A stretch of DNA of 64,000 nucleotides from Minisyncoccota bacterium (GCA_035714745.1 DASTLR010000008.1:7394-71393); one strand, 5' to 3'; shown: positions 8,105 through 18,447, counted from the stretch's first letter. Notes: generated by a model not told the origin, from the letters alone. Translations and numbers: made by a program.

Positions 8105-10048
8105 GTGAACCACCTCGATAGCCTGAACGACCGACAGAGAGAAGCCGTGCTCAAGACCGAGGGTCCCGTGCTTATTCTGGCCGGCGCAGGGGCGGGCAAG
8201 ACCAAGACCATCACCCACCGTATCCTCCACCTCATAAAATCGGGGATAAAGCCCTCGAACATCCTGGCCATCACCTTTACCAATAAGGCTGCCAAAGAGA
8301 TGCGCGAGCGAGTCTTCGCCCTTATCAAGGGGGACAAGGAGTTGAACCTGCCCATATCCTTTGACGAAAGGCCGTTCGTCAGCACCTTCCACTCCCTGGG
8401 CGTCCACATCATCAAGGAGAACGCCCACCGCATAGGCCTGACCCGCCATTTCACCATTTTCGACCGTAGCGACTCGCGGCGGGCGATAAAAGAGGCCGTC
8501 ATGGAGCTCGGCCTCGACCCAAAGCAATACGACCCCAGCGTCATCCTCTCCGTCATCTCGCGGGAGAAGGGAAACGGCATCGGCTTGGACCGTTTTCAGG
8601 ACAGCGTCGGGAACGACTATATGAGAGAGGTCGTCTGGAAGGTCTGGCAGAAGTATGAGGCAGCGCTTCGCAGGGAGAAAGCCCTGGATTTCGACGACCT
8701 CCTTCTGCGCTCGGCCGAGATGCTCGAGAAGCATGCCGAAGTGCGAACTCATTACGAAAAAGCATGGAAGTACGTTCATATCGACGAGTATCAGGACACG
8801 AATAAGGTCCAGTACAAGATCGCCCGGCTCATCAGCGGCGAGACGAAGAACATCTGCGTGGTCGGCGACGTCGACCAGAACATCTACAGCTGGCGAGGCG
8901 CCGATATCAAGAACATCCTGAACTTCGAGCGCGACTATCCGGGAGCGGCCATGGTCACGCTCGAGGAGAACTACCGCTCGACCCAGACCATCCTGGAGGT
9001 GGCGAACCACATCATCCAGAAGAACAAGAACCGCTTCGAGAAGAATCTCTACACCAGGCGCGGGGAAGGAGACAAGATCCTCGTCTATAACGCCTTTGAC
9101 GAGAACGACGAGGCGCGCTTCGTGGCTGAAAAAGCGGCGGCCCTGATCGAGGGCGGCACCGATCCTCGCGAGATCGCCGTCCTTTACCGCGCCAACTTCC
9201 AGTCGCGCGCCTTGGAAGAGGCCATGATCGCCCGTGAAGTCCCATACCAAGTCCTGGGCGTGAAGTTCTTCGAGCGCAAAGAGGTGCGCGACGCGCTCTC
9301 ATACATCCGCGCCGCCCTGAACCGCGACTCGCTCTCGGACCTGCAGCGCGTCATAAACGTGCCCGCGCGCGGCATCGGCAAGGTGACGATAGCAAAGATC
9401 TTCTCGGGCATGATCGACAGCCTCTCGAACGCCCACGCCGAGAAGTGGAAGAATTTCAATCTGATACTCGACGACATCGCCGCCGCGGCCGGACGGGAGA
9501 AGCCGTCCGACCTGATCAAATTCGTCCTCAGGCGAACGGGTCTCGAGGACATGCTCAAGGCCGGCACCGACGAGGACCTGGAGCGCCTGGAGAACGTCCG
9601 CGAGCTGGCGACCCTGGCGACGAAATACGACTTCATGATGCCAGGGGAGGGGGTGTCAAAGCTCCTGGAGGACGCCGCCCTGGCCACCGATCAGGACGAG
9701 ATGGAGGAAGACAAGCCCGCAGCCAGGATGATGACGGTCCATGCCTCGAAAGGCCTGGAATTCGAGCACGTCTTCATCACCGGCCTCGAGCAGGACCTCT
9801 TCCCGCACCGCGGCATGGAGTCGTCGAAGCGCGAGAAGCGCGACGAGGAAGAGGAGCGCCGCCTCTACTACGTGGCTCTCACGCGAGCTAAAAAGAGGCT
9901 GTACCTGAGCCATGCCTCGATGAGGACTATCTTTGGCTCGCGCCAGGTGACCGTGCCGTCAGAGTTCGTCTTCGACATCCCGGAAAAATACCTAGAGACC
10001 GAGGAGCGGGCCCGCATCGGCGGGAAAGTGATATATTTCGACATATGA
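8105..10048 (+). CDS. pcrA: UvrD/PcrA-family ATP-dependent DNA helicase
   Basis: LNDRQREAV...AGAGAGKT, helicase motifs I-VI, the VHASKGLEFEHVF box and the C-terminal YVALTRAK motif. GTG start. Confidence 0.9.
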   Translation: MNHLDSLNDRQREAVLKTEGPVLILAGAGAGKTKTITHRILHLIKSGIKPSNILAITFTNKAAKEMRERVFALIKGDKELNLPISFDERPFVSTFHSLGVHIIKENAHRIGLTRHFTIFDRSDSRRAIKEAVMELGLDPKQYDPSVILSVISREKGNGIGLDRFQDSVGNDYMREVVWKVWQKYEAALRREKALDFDDLLLRSAEMLEKHAEVRTHYEKAWKYVHIDEYQDTNKVQYKIARLISGETKNICVVGDVDQNIYSWRGADIKNILNFERDYPGAAMVTLEENYRSTQTILEVANHIIQKNKNRFEKNLYTRRGEGDKILVYNAFDENDEARFVAEKAAALIEGGTDPREIAVLYRANFQSRALEEAMIAREVPYQVLGVKFFERKEVRDALSYIRAALNRDSLSDLQRVINVPARGIGKVTIAKIFSGMIDSLSNAHAEKWKNFNLILDDIAAAAGREKPSDLIKFVLRRTGLEDMLKAGTDEDLERLENVRELATLATKYDFMMPGEGVSKLLEDAALATDQDEMEEDKPAARMMTVHASKGLEFEHVFITGLEQDLFPHRGMESSKREKRDEEEERRLYYVALTRAKKRLYLSHASMRTIFGSRQVTVPSEFVFDIPEKYLETEERARIGGKVIYFDI

Positions 10049-10866
10049 TCGGCAAGCCGCAGAGATCGATAGCCGCCAAAAAATCCCTTGGCCAGAACTT
10101 CCTCATCTCGCCGCGCGTCGTCGAGGCCATCGCCGCGGCAGGAGAGCTAAGGGCAGAGGACGCCGTGATTGAAATAGGTCCGGGAAAGGGCGTATTGACC
10201 CGCGCGCTGCTCGCGAGCGGCGCGCGGGTCGTCGCCATAGAAAAGGATGACCGCCTTGTTCCCTTGCTCGCTGAAGAATTCAAACAGGAAATTGCCGCGG
10301 GCTGGCTACAGGTCGTTCATGGAGATGTTCTTGAGATCATGGCCGATAGCTCTCCTCTCCCTGAAAGCTGGCAGCTGAAAGCTGAAAGCTATAAAGTCAT
10401 CGCCAACATCCCGTACTACATCACCGGCCAGATCGTCAGGCTCTTCCTCTCGGCCAAGCAGAAGCCCGCGCTCATGGTCCTGATGGTCCAAAAGGAGGTA
10501 GCGGCCAGGGTCATCGCCCGCGACGGCAAGGAGAGCATCCTCTCGCTCTCGGTAAAAGCCTATGCCACGCCAGAGCTCGTCATGAACGTCTCGCGAGGGA
10601 ATTTCTTTCCCGTCCCGAACGTCGACTCGGCGGTCATCAAGCTTACGAATATACAAAACCCCTTTGCGGATAGAGCAGCGGAAGACCGCTTTTTTGAGAT
10701 AGTAAAGGCCGGCTTCTCGCAGAAGCGAAAGAAGCTTATCTCGAACCTGGAGGCGGTCATGCCGCGCGCCGAACTAGAAGCGAGGTTCGCCGCGCTCCGA
10801 CTCGATTCAAACGTGCGTGCCGAGGATGTACCGCTCGAGACGTGGATCGCCCTCGCCTCACGCTAG
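10045..10866 (+). CDS. rsmA: 16S rRNA (adenine1518/1519-N6)-dimethyltransferase
   Basis: KSLGQNFL...EIGPGKG...IANIPY, the KsgA signature. The ATGA start overlaps the pcrA stop. Confidence 0.9.
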   Translation: MIGKPQRSIAAKKSLGQNFLISPRVVEAIAAAGELRAEDAVIEIGPGKGVLTRALLASGARVVAIEKDDRLVPLLAEEFKQEIAAGWLQVVHGDVLEIMADSSPLPESWQLKAESYKVIANIPYYITGQIVRLFLSAKQKPALMVLMVQKEVAARVIARDGKESILSLSVKAYATPELVMNVSRGNFFPVPNVDSAVIKLTNIQNPFADRAAEDRFFEIVKAGFSQKRKKLISNLEAVMPRAELEARFAALRLDSNVRAEDVPLETWIALASR

Positions 10867-11255
10867 AATCCTGAAGATCCGACCGTCGAGGTGATCTTGC
10901 CCATGGCTGGGACGACGCTACAAGACGTGCCCACATAGATCTTGCACTGGCTCCTCGTCGTCGGATCGTACAGACCCAGTACCTTTGCGGCATAGGGGAG
11001 ATTCTTGTTGGCATACTTTTGCGTGCCGGCTTGATAGGTGAGCGTCACTTTGCTCGTGCCAGAAAAGATGGTCATGTAATAAACCCCGCTTGGACTGCAT
11101 GTACAAGGAAAAGAGAGGGGAAAAGTCGCCACAGTCCCTCCAAAAGGTACATCCTTGCCCACAATGTTCCCGAGAGTGAAAGCAAGAGCGCACACCGGCA
11201 GAGCAACGCCCGCAAGGATCGTTGCCGTCAGATATATTCTGCGTCTTATCATGCT
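10863..11255 (-). CDS. Hypothetical small secreted protein with a signal peptide (start at the internal Met MIRRRIYL)
   Basis: N-terminal signal-like segment ILAGVALPVCALA. No known motif. Confidence 0.35.
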   Translation of the reverse strand, partial: SMIRRRIYLTATILAGVALPVCALAFTLGNIVGKDVPFGGTVATFPLSFPCTCSPSGVYYMTIFSGTSKVTLTYQAGTQKYANKNLPYAAKVLGLYDPTTRSQCKIYVGTSCSVVPAMGKITSTVGSSGF

Positions 11256-11302
11256 CCCAGTATACCTCATACTGCAGTCGTGCGTGATATACTGGAGAGA
11301 CC

Positions 11303-12166
11303 ATGCGCGCTCTCCTGGGTTTCTTTGGGACAAAGATCGGCATCGCCGTCCTGGCGGCCATCGTCATCGTCGGCGCGGCAGCCGGATTCAAGTACAGCCG
11401 CTCGGCTCAGGAGAAGCAGAAAGGCGCCGCCACCCTCGTCGTCGAGCAGATCATCAAGGATTCCCTCAAGAACCTGAACGAGATAGAAGGGGACAGCGCC
11501 TTCGTCGCCTCGACCACCGGCCCAGACGACGCCGCTCCCCAGGAGCCGGCAGTGCCCTATACGGCTACCGACCGCTTCTCCCAGCAGATCTTCCGCGAAT
11601 ACATCTCGGCCAAGCAAAACGGCAAAGAGGTCGACGCCGACACCTCTGCCCGCATCGCCGAGAGCGTTCTTGCTCAAGATTATAGCGATAGAACGCCAGC
11701 CTACTCGGTTCTCGACCTCCATATCAGCGCCGACGAATCCGCCTCCTCTCTTAGAACGTACGGAAATAGCCTGGGAGCCATACTTTCAGCCCCGCCGGCG
11801 GCCAAAGAAAATGAATTAGAGATATTCCTCAAGCTCTCGTCAAAGTCGACAGACGACTATGGAAAAGAGCTGGCGGCCATACAAAAGCGCTATATTTCGA
11901 TGCGGACGGCGCTTTTGGCCCTGCCGGCGCCCAAAAGCTTTGCCGCGGCGCAGGTCGACATCCTTAATTCCCTCAACCTCTTCGTCGACGCCATAGACGG
12001 AGCGCTGAATATAGACGCTGACCCAATCGGGGCATTGAACAAGATAGCGCGGCATGACGACGGCATGACGGCCCTCCAAAAGGCCCTCGCTTCGATCAAA
12101 AAGACCTTCGCCGCAAAAGGCATGACCTTCGCGGCCAAAGAAAAAGGATTTATCCTCACAGAATAA
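11303..12166 (+). CDS. Hypothetical membrane-anchored protein
   Basis: An N-terminal TM helix (IGIAVLAAIVIVGAAAGF) followed by a soluble domain. It lies directly upstream of the T4SS-like locus. Confidence 0.4.
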   Translation: MRALLGFFGTKIGIAVLAAIVIVGAAAGFKYSRSAQEKQKGAATLVVEQIIKDSLKNLNEIEGDSAFVASTTGPDDAAPQEPAVPYTATDRFSQQIFREYISAKQNGKEVDADTSARIAESVLAQDYSDRTPAYSVLDLHISADESASSLRTYGNSLGAILSAPPAAKENELEIFLKLSSKSTDDYGKELAAIQKRYISMRTALLALPAPKSFAAAQVDILNSLNLFVDAIDGALNIDADPIGALNKIARHDDGMTALQKALASIKKTFAAKGMTFAAKEKGFILTE

Positions 12167-12195
12167 GGCCACATCGGTGGTATAATTTCCATATC

Positions 12196-14388
12196 ATGAA
12201 AGGCGGACTGCACCAAAAGATCGTTCTCTCGCTTCTCGTGCCCTTGCTCGCCGCCTCGAGCATGGTCTTTGGCACGGAAACCGCCTCTGCCGCCGTCGCG
12301 GGCTGTACCGCCAACGTCATCAGCGCCGCCGTAGGTAAAGGGGCGCTCGGAAAAGTGCTCGGCTCCGTCGTGCCGGTAGGCGACACCGTCACCAACATCG
12401 GCGTGACAGGCAGCTTCACCAAAGACTGCATCCTCACGCCGATCGCCATAAAGATGGCCCGCACCATGGCCAGGAACATCTCGAACAGCATCGTCAATTG
12501 GATCAATAGCGACTTCAAGGGCAAGCCTGCCTTCGTCACCGATTTCGGCAGCCTGGCAAAGGATAGCGCCGACGAGGTCATCGGCAACTTCATCTACGGC
12601 AGCGACTTGAACTTCCTCTGCCAGCCGTTCTCCTTCAAGATCCGCCTGGCCCTGGCCACGAAGTATCAGCAGCCCTTCCAGGAACAGATCCGCTGCCGCG
12701 TGACGGACGTGACCAAGAACGTCTCGAGCTTCGTCAAGGCAAACGGGGGAGCGGGCTGGAACAACTGGCTCGAGATCACCACTCAGCCGCAGAACAACGT
12801 ATACGGCGCATACCTGATGGCCGATTCCCAGCTTGCCCAGAACGTCCAGAGCGCCCTGAACGTCAAGAACGACCAGCTCAAGATGGGCAATGGATTCTTG
12901 GACTTCCAGGTCTGCGAGAAATGGATAGAGCCCGGAAAGTCGAGCGGCATCGTCGCAGACAGCGCAGCGTCGGCCGCGGCCCAGTCCAGCACCTATTCCT
13001 CGAGCCCCTTCAACTCGACGCTCCAGCCGACGAATACGAGTCTGACCGGCGGATCGCTGGGCGCGTCTGGAAATTCTCCACTCCAGGGCGCTAGCGTCGG
13101 CTTCGGCGTTCCTGTGACGGCCAACACCCTGCCTACCTTCAAAGACAGCGCCGGAAAGACCTTTGGAGTCGAGAAAACCTGCAGCAAATGGGTCACAAAG
13201 ACTCCTGGCGCCTATGTCGCCGAGCTCGGCAAGCCTGTGTTGGGCGGCTGGGCGGATCAGCTGAATCTCGCCACCGATATCGATCAGATCGTCGGAGCGC
13301 TCATCAACCACTTCGGGGAGAAGGTCGTGAGCGGCGCCCAAGGCTTCCTCGGGCTGTCGTCAAAGGGCGGCTACGCGCAGAGCAACCTGAACTATGCGCA
13401 GGCTTCCACATTCGCAGACGACGCCTCGAATCCCGAGAATGCCGGCCTGGGCGATGCCGGCGCCGCCGCTTCGGACAGCTTCTCGGCGCTCTTTTCGGCC
13501 ACCCAGGTCAGCCTGGGCGACAGCCTGGCGGCAGGCAAGGCGGTCTCGATGTCGAGCCCCGGCATCGGCAGCTCGGCATGGGTCGTCGACGGGGACACCG
13601 GCACGGCCGCCGCCACTGCCGAGACAGTCAATCCATGGATTGAGGTGGACCTGGGCGAGCCTGCAGAGATCAGGGAGATCCATATCTGGAGCCCTACCGA
13701 CCAGACACCGGCAGAAAGCGTCGGAACCTTTGACGTCGTCGTCTCGAAGTCGCAGGGCGGCCGCGACTGGGTCAGTCCGCAGGCTACGCAGACGGAGACC
13801 AGTCCGAACCCCGCCGTCGTCTCGGTAGGCCAGACCGGCAGATATATCAGGATAGAGCGCTCAAGGAACTCATACGAATGCGGCGACCCAGAGCAGGGCT
13901 CGCAGACCTGCTACTATCCGCTCCGAGTGGGGGAGATCGAGGTCGTCGGCCCTGCCGCCGGTACGGAACAAGACGGCGCAGCCCAGAGCGCGAGCGTCTC
14001 GTTCGGCACGCCGAGCGGGGCCACCTCTATCCGTCCTTCCTCGGCCTTCTCCTTTACCATCCCTGTCAACGCGACCTCCGAGACGAACATCGCCTTCGTA
14101 GAGGTCAGGCTCTACGCCGGAACCGAGCTCGCGCCGTTCGCCTCGGCCTTTTCCAACGGCTCGGTCGGCCTGAAACAGAGCGGCGCCACCCGCAACGTCT
14201 ATCCCGCAGGCGCTCCCGGCGTAGATTTCACGGGCGTTTCGGCCGGTCCGACCTCTGGAACCGCCATCACTGTCGCCGGTACCGCCCTGCCGCCGGGCGC
14301 CACGAGCGCGTACAAGATCGTGCTCACCGCCCGCGACGCAAATAGGGAAATCCTCGATACGGCTACTGTCAATTTCATAGTACAATAG
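12196..14388 (+). CDS. Large secreted protein with an F5/8 type C (discoidin) domain, a putative surface adhesin of the T4SS-like locus
   Basis: Signal peptide MKGG..LLAASSMVFG. The segment SAWVVDGDTGTAAATAETVNPWIEVDLGEPAEIREIHIW..RYIRIERS reads as a discoidin/F5-8C signature. Confidence 0.55.
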   Translation: MKGGLHQKIVLSLLVPLLAASSMVFGTETASAAVAGCTANVISAAVGKGALGKVLGSVVPVGDTVTNIGVTGSFTKDCILTPIAIKMARTMARNISNSIVNWINSDFKGKPAFVTDFGSLAKDSADEVIGNFIYGSDLNFLCQPFSFKIRLALATKYQQPFQEQIRCRVTDVTKNVSSFVKANGGAGWNNWLEITTQPQNNVYGAYLMADSQLAQNVQSALNVKNDQLKMGNGFLDFQVCEKWIEPGKSSGIVADSAASAAAQSSTYSSSPFNSTLQPTNTSLTGGSLGASGNSPLQGASVGFGVPVTANTLPTFKDSAGKTFGVEKTCSKWVTKTPGAYVAELGKPVLGGWADQLNLATDIDQIVGALINHFGEKVVSGAQGFLGLSSKGGYAQSNLNYAQASTFADDASNPENAGLGDAGAAASDSFSALFSATQVSLGDSLAAGKAVSMSSPGIGSSAWVVDGDTGTAAATAETVNPWIEVDLGEPAEIREIHIWSPTDQTPAESVGTFDVVVSKSQGGRDWVSPQATQTETSPNPAVVSVGQTGRYIRIERSRNSYECGDPEQGSQTCYYPLRVGEIEVVGPAAGTEQDGAAQSASVSFGTPSGATSIRPSSAFSFTIPVNATSETNIAFVEVRLYAGTELAPFASAFSNGSVGLKQSGATRNVYPAGAPGVDFTGVSAGPTSGTAITVAGTALPPGATSAYKIVLTARDANREILDTATVNFIVQ

Positions 14389-14393
14389 ACAGG

Positions 14394-16787
14394 ATGAGAA
14401 AGTTCCTGCCCCAATTCCTCCTTGCAACGACCGCGCTCGTCGGAGTAGGCTTCTTTTTCGCGCCGCATGAGGCGCACGCGTTCGAAGCGATAGACACCCT
14501 CGTGAAATTCCTGACCTTCAGCTCGGACATCGTCTATGGCACCCTGGGCAAGCTCTTCTGGTTCGGCACCGTGCCGATCACCAGCTTCGTGCTCTGGCTG
14601 GTCGGCATGATGATCGACCTGGCCACCAACCTCTCTCTGACTAACAATTTCTTTAACGCTCCCGCCATCGCCACGGCATGGAGCATCATCCGCGACCTCT
14701 GCAACATGGTCTTCATCTTCGTCCTGATCTGGGCGGGACTGAGGACCATCCTGAACCTCGGCAACGCGGTGACGGTCAAGAAGACCATCACCGGCGTGGT
14801 CATCGCCGCCCTTTTCATCAACTTCAGCCTCTTCATCACCAAAGCCATTATCGACGTCAGCAATATCGGCACGGCCTGGTTCGTCAAAGGCGTCGAGAAC
14901 GTCGGGGGAGGGACGAGCGTCAGCGATTCCGTGCGAAGCGTCCTCCAGATGAACAAGCTCGTCGAGAACAAGGACGCCGGCAAAGGCGCCTGGAGCCTGC
15001 AGTCGTTCGTCGCAGGCTTCGCCCTGACCATCTTGAACTGCGTCGCCATCTACGTGCTCTTCAAAGTCGCCTTCTTCCTGGTAGCCAGGATCGTATCGTT
15101 CTTCTTCTTGCTCGTCACCGCGCCGCTCGGCTTCGTCGGCGGGCTCGAGATACCGCAGCTCTCGGCCTATTCGAAGAAATGGTGGGACGAGCTCCGCAAC
15201 CAGGCCCTGATGGCCCCGATGTTCTTCCTCATGCTCTATATCACGCTCTACATCGTCGATCAGGTTGACGCTCTCGTCTTTGCCAACGGCGCGGCGAGCT
15301 CGGTCGATCCCGTCACTGGCTCCGGCTTCACCCCCGCGAACTACGTGATGTTCGCCATCATCGTCCTCATGCTCAATAAATGCCTCTCCACCGCCGAGGA
15401 ATACAGCGGCGAGCTCGGCGGCCAGATCGCGGGGTATCTCAAGAGCGCTACCTCATTCGTTGGCGGCGCGGCTCTCATGGGAACGGTGGGCCGGGCAGCT
15501 ACTTGGGCCAAGAATAACAAAAGCTTCCAAAGCCTCGCGGGCAGGAGCGCGATCGCCGGCGCTCTTTATGGCGGGACAACGAAAGTCGCCGAGTCTGGCT
15601 TCGGCGTAAAATCTAATTATAACCAGCTCGCAAAATCCACCGGCCTCAGCTCCATCGATCTGACTAAAAACGCGTTCAAAGGCGCAGACAGCTATGAGAA
15701 ACAGAGGAAATTCGAAATCGATGAGAAGAAGAAATTCGCCAAAACGCTTGGAAAGGGGCCTGAAGGGGAGGCTAACAGGATCGCATACGCCAATCGGCTG
15801 GACAAAGGCGTCTACGCTCAGACTGTCGGCAGGCTGACCGGAGACAAGGCCAACCTCAAGGAAGCCGCAAAGGATATGGCGAAAGACGCGAAGACGGCCA
15901 TGACCAAGGGAGTCAAAGACGACGCCAAGAAGAAAGCGACCGCGAAGCAGAATCAGGTTGTCGTAGCAGAAACCGTCCAGGGTATGCTCAAGAAGCCTAT
16001 GAACAGCGCCGACGTGGGCGAAGTCGACAAGGCAGCTAAATCCGGGAAGAAGCTCCTGGCAGAATTGAGGAAAGACCTCAAAGAAGAGAACAAGGACGAC
16101 TACCTGAAATTCGTAAGCGGATACGAGGAATCAAAAGGAAGAATAGATCCGGAGAGCAAGGCAGACAAAATCGGGATTGACATTGCCCGTCTCCAGACCG
16201 AGAAAATGGAAGCGGAATGGGCGTTGAATAGGAATCCTAAAGACAGAGACGCCGAGAAGAAATTCTCTGAGGTTAATGCAAAGATAGCTGAAAAGACCAA
16301 GGAGAAGGAAGAAGCAGCCGCTCAGGAGTCTAAACAGAGAGAGCGCTTCGCCGAGCTAGCTAAAAAGATAACCGCTGAGGATAGGAAAGAAGCTGCCAAG
16401 AAATTCTCTGGAATCTCCGCCAAAGAATGGACCAAGATAGCCGAGCAACAAGTCGCATACGAAGACGAGATCATCAAGAATATCGATGCCGCTGAAAAGG
16501 CCCTTGATAATGCGCTAGAGAAGGCGGAATACATAGGGACTAAGAAAGAGAACCTCATGGAGGCGCAAAAAGCCCTTGAGACCGTCATCGGAAAGACTCC
16601 GAAGTTCAAGGGCGGCAAAAAAGGTCAGCCGCGAGAAATCGACAAAGATAATCCAGGATCAGGCCTCAAGAAGCAGGCAGCCGATCTTAAAGAGAAGTTC
16701 AATGATAAGAACAAGGAGCTCACTATAGGCAAAGACGAACCAGAGAAAAAAGAGGAGAAACCTCCGGAAGCAGCTCCTTCTAAATAA
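14394..16787 (+). CDS. VirB6/TrbL-like polytopic membrane protein with a Lys/Glu-rich coiled-coil tail of about 400 aa
   Basis: At least six hydrophobic helices in the first 400 aa in a VirB6-like arrangement, followed by a low-complexity K/E/A-rich region. Confidence 0.55.
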   Translation: MRKFLPQFLLATTALVGVGFFFAPHEAHAFEAIDTLVKFLTFSSDIVYGTLGKLFWFGTVPITSFVLWLVGMMIDLATNLSLTNNFFNAPAIATAWSIIRDLCNMVFIFVLIWAGLRTILNLGNAVTVKKTITGVVIAALFINFSLFITKAIIDVSNIGTAWFVKGVENVGGGTSVSDSVRSVLQMNKLVENKDAGKGAWSLQSFVAGFALTILNCVAIYVLFKVAFFLVARIVSFFFLLVTAPLGFVGGLEIPQLSAYSKKWWDELRNQALMAPMFFLMLYITLYIVDQVDALVFANGAASSVDPVTGSGFTPANYVMFAIIVLMLNKCLSTAEEYSGELGGQIAGYLKSATSFVGGAALMGTVGRAATWAKNNKSFQSLAGRSAIAGALYGGTTKVAESGFGVKSNYNQLAKSTGLSSIDLTKNAFKGADSYEKQRKFEIDEKKKFAKTLGKGPEGEANRIAYANRLDKGVYAQTVGRLTGDKANLKEAAKDMAKDAKTAMTKGVKDDAKKKATAKQNQVVVAETVQGMLKKPMNSADVGEVDKAAKSGKKLLAELRKDLKEENKDDYLKFVSGYEESKGRIDPESKADKIGIDIARLQTEKMEAEWALNRNPKDRDAEKKFSEVNAKIAEKTKEKEEAAAQESKQRERFAELAKKITAEDRKEAAKKFSGISAKEWTKIAEQQVAYEDEIIKNIDAAEKALDNALEKAEYIGTKKENLMEAQKALETVIGKTPKFKGGKKGQPREIDKDNPGSGLKKQAADLKEKFNDKNKELTIGKDEPEKKEEKPPEAAPSK

Positions 16788-16793
16788 CCAGCC

Positions 16794-17309
16794 ATGGACA
16801 CACAACAAATAGCTGAAAAGATACTTTCGGTGGGAAAAGCCCATAGCCTGAACCTCGAACAGATCGGCATGCTCGAGAGCATCGTCAGAGACGTCGTTGA
16901 GGGCAGGACTTCAGCTGGGGACTTCGTCAGTAGCATAGAAGACGCACTGAACCTCGAAGACGACGAACTGACTTCGCTTGCCGCTGACATCAACCTTGAA
17001 GTGCTCATGCCTATCAGGGAGAGCCTGATCGAAGATCAGGCGAGCGATACAGAGGAAGACCTGACAGAAAAAGAAACCGACGACACCCGCGAATCCATCC
17101 TCGCCGAGATCGAGAATCCGAGCCCGACCGTCCATCCGATATCTGCCGCCGACCAGACGGTGGCGGGGCCTGCCGCGGCCAGGGAAGTGATCGCCGAGCG
17201 CCTGAGCCAGCCGGTCAGCTCGCCCGCCCAAACGATCGTCGTACCGCCGAAAGCGCCGGAAAAGCCCCGCGGCTACGCCGTAGATCCGTATCGCGAGCCG
17301 ATCAATTAG
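16794..17309 (+). CDS. Hypothetical acidic protein inside the T4SS-like locus
   Basis: Asp/Glu-rich ORF with no TM segment, tightly linked to its neighbours. Confidence 0.4.
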   Translation: MDTQQIAEKILSVGKAHSLNLEQIGMLESIVRDVVEGRTSAGDFVSSIEDALNLEDDELTSLAADINLEVLMPIRESLIEDQASDTEEDLTEKETDDTRESILAEIENPSPTVHPISAADQTVAGPAAAREVIAERLSQPVSSPAQTIVVPPKAPEKPRGYAVDPYREPIN

Positions 17310-17344
17310 ACGGCGGGCCCATGCCGGCATGCTAGACTATAGCC

Positions 17345-17791
17345 ATGCGTTTCCAGGTCCCTCAATTCATCGAGGTCGAGGACAAGATCTTCGGCCCTCT
17401 GACCATCAAGCAGTTCATCTACCTCCTGGGCGGGGCCGGCCTCTCCTTTATCGTCTATAGCTTCGTCGGCAACCTCTTTCTGAGCGCCGTCTTCATCGTG
17501 CCGATCATGGCCTTTGCCCTGGCTCTGGCCTTCTACAAAGTGAACGGCAAGCCCTTCATCAACGTCGTCGAGGCGGCCTTTACTTACTTCGTCAACAGCA
17601 AGCTCTATATCTGGAAGAAGGTCGACAAGGTCCCGGTAGCCAAGAACGCCCCGACCGCGGCAGGCGCCGCCTCGCCCGATTTCTATGTGCCAAAGCTGTC
17701 GGATTCCAAGCTCAAGGACCTGACCTGGTCGCTCGACATCAAGCAGAGCCAGAACCCCGCCCAGAACCAGAAAGGGAAGAGCAATTTCTAG
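17345..17791 (+). CDS. PrgI/VirB3-like small membrane protein
   Basis: Two TM helices (LGGAGLSFIVYSFVGNLFLSAVFIVPIMAFALALAF) sit directly upstream of the VirB4 gene, as in Gram-positive conjugation loci. Confidence 0.5.
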   Translation: MRFQVPQFIEVEDKIFGPLTIKQFIYLLGGAGLSFIVYSFVGNLFLSAVFIVPIMAFALALAFYKVNGKPFINVVEAAFTYFVNSKLYIWKKVDKVPVAKNAPTAAGAASPDFYVPKLSDSKLKDLTWSLDIKQSQNPAQNQKGKSNF

Positions 17792-17807
17792 ATGATATAC
17801 TTCTAAG

Positions 17808-18443
17808 ATGGCAGTGAACGCAAAAACGACCCAGGAATTCGTGCCGATCAAGGAGATCCGCCAGGGTGTGGTCATCCTCAAGGACGATTCCCTGCGGGGC
17901 ATCGTCATAGCCTCGTCCCTGAACTTCGCCCTGAAGTCCGCCGAGGAGCAGCAGTCGATCATCCTGCAGTTCCAGAACTTCCTGAACTCGCTCGATTTCT
18001 CCGTGCAGATCTTCATCCAGTCCCGAAAGCTCGACATCAGGCCCTATATCGCTCTATTAGAGAACAGACTCAAGGAGCAGGTGGGCGACCTCTTGAAAAT
18101 GCAGACGCGCGAGTACATCTCATTCATCAAGAACTTCACCGAGAGCCAGAACATCATGAGCAAGACCTTCTTCGTCGTGGTGCCCTATACTCCGGCACCG
18201 GTGAGCGCCAGCGGCATCGCCGACGTCCTGGGGAAAAAGAAGACGGCGACCGAGACGGCCGAGCAGCGCCTGGCCGAATTCGAGGAGCACAGGAGCCAGC
18301 TGGAGCAGAGGATGGGCGTGGTGACCCAGGGCCTGGTGCGCTGCGGCATCCGCACCATCGAGCTGGGCACCGAGGAGGTCGTCGAGCTCTTCTACAAGAT
18401 CTTTAACCCGGGCGATACGGAAAAGCCTATTCCACTTTCATAA
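17808..18443 (+). pseudogene. virB4: VirB4-family ATPase, N-terminal fragment of about 211 aa, separated from the rest of the gene by a stop plus a +1 frame change
   Basis: TQEFVPIKEIRQGVVILKDDSLRGIV matches the N-terminal motif of Gram-positive VirB4/TraE/Orf16 proteins. The ORF ends at TAA 4 nt before the next ORF, which is in another frame. Confidence 0.55.
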
Positions 18444-18447
18444 TCCT

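Noticed and set aside
8087-9250. 387 aa minus-strand ORF. The same reasoning applies to 11890-13341, 27292-27969, 29842-30561, 35085-36239, 49336-50481, 50696-51436, 5745-6398, 7070-7861 and 44806-46119.
   Set aside because: These are long antisense ORFs embedded in well-supported genes (pcrA, the discoidin protein, dnaN, PBP1A, pilB, dedA/pilM, pilN, comM, the M23 peptidase, the Mur ligase). They have low-complexity Arg/Ala/Gly-rich translations, as expected from high-GC sequence with few stop codons.
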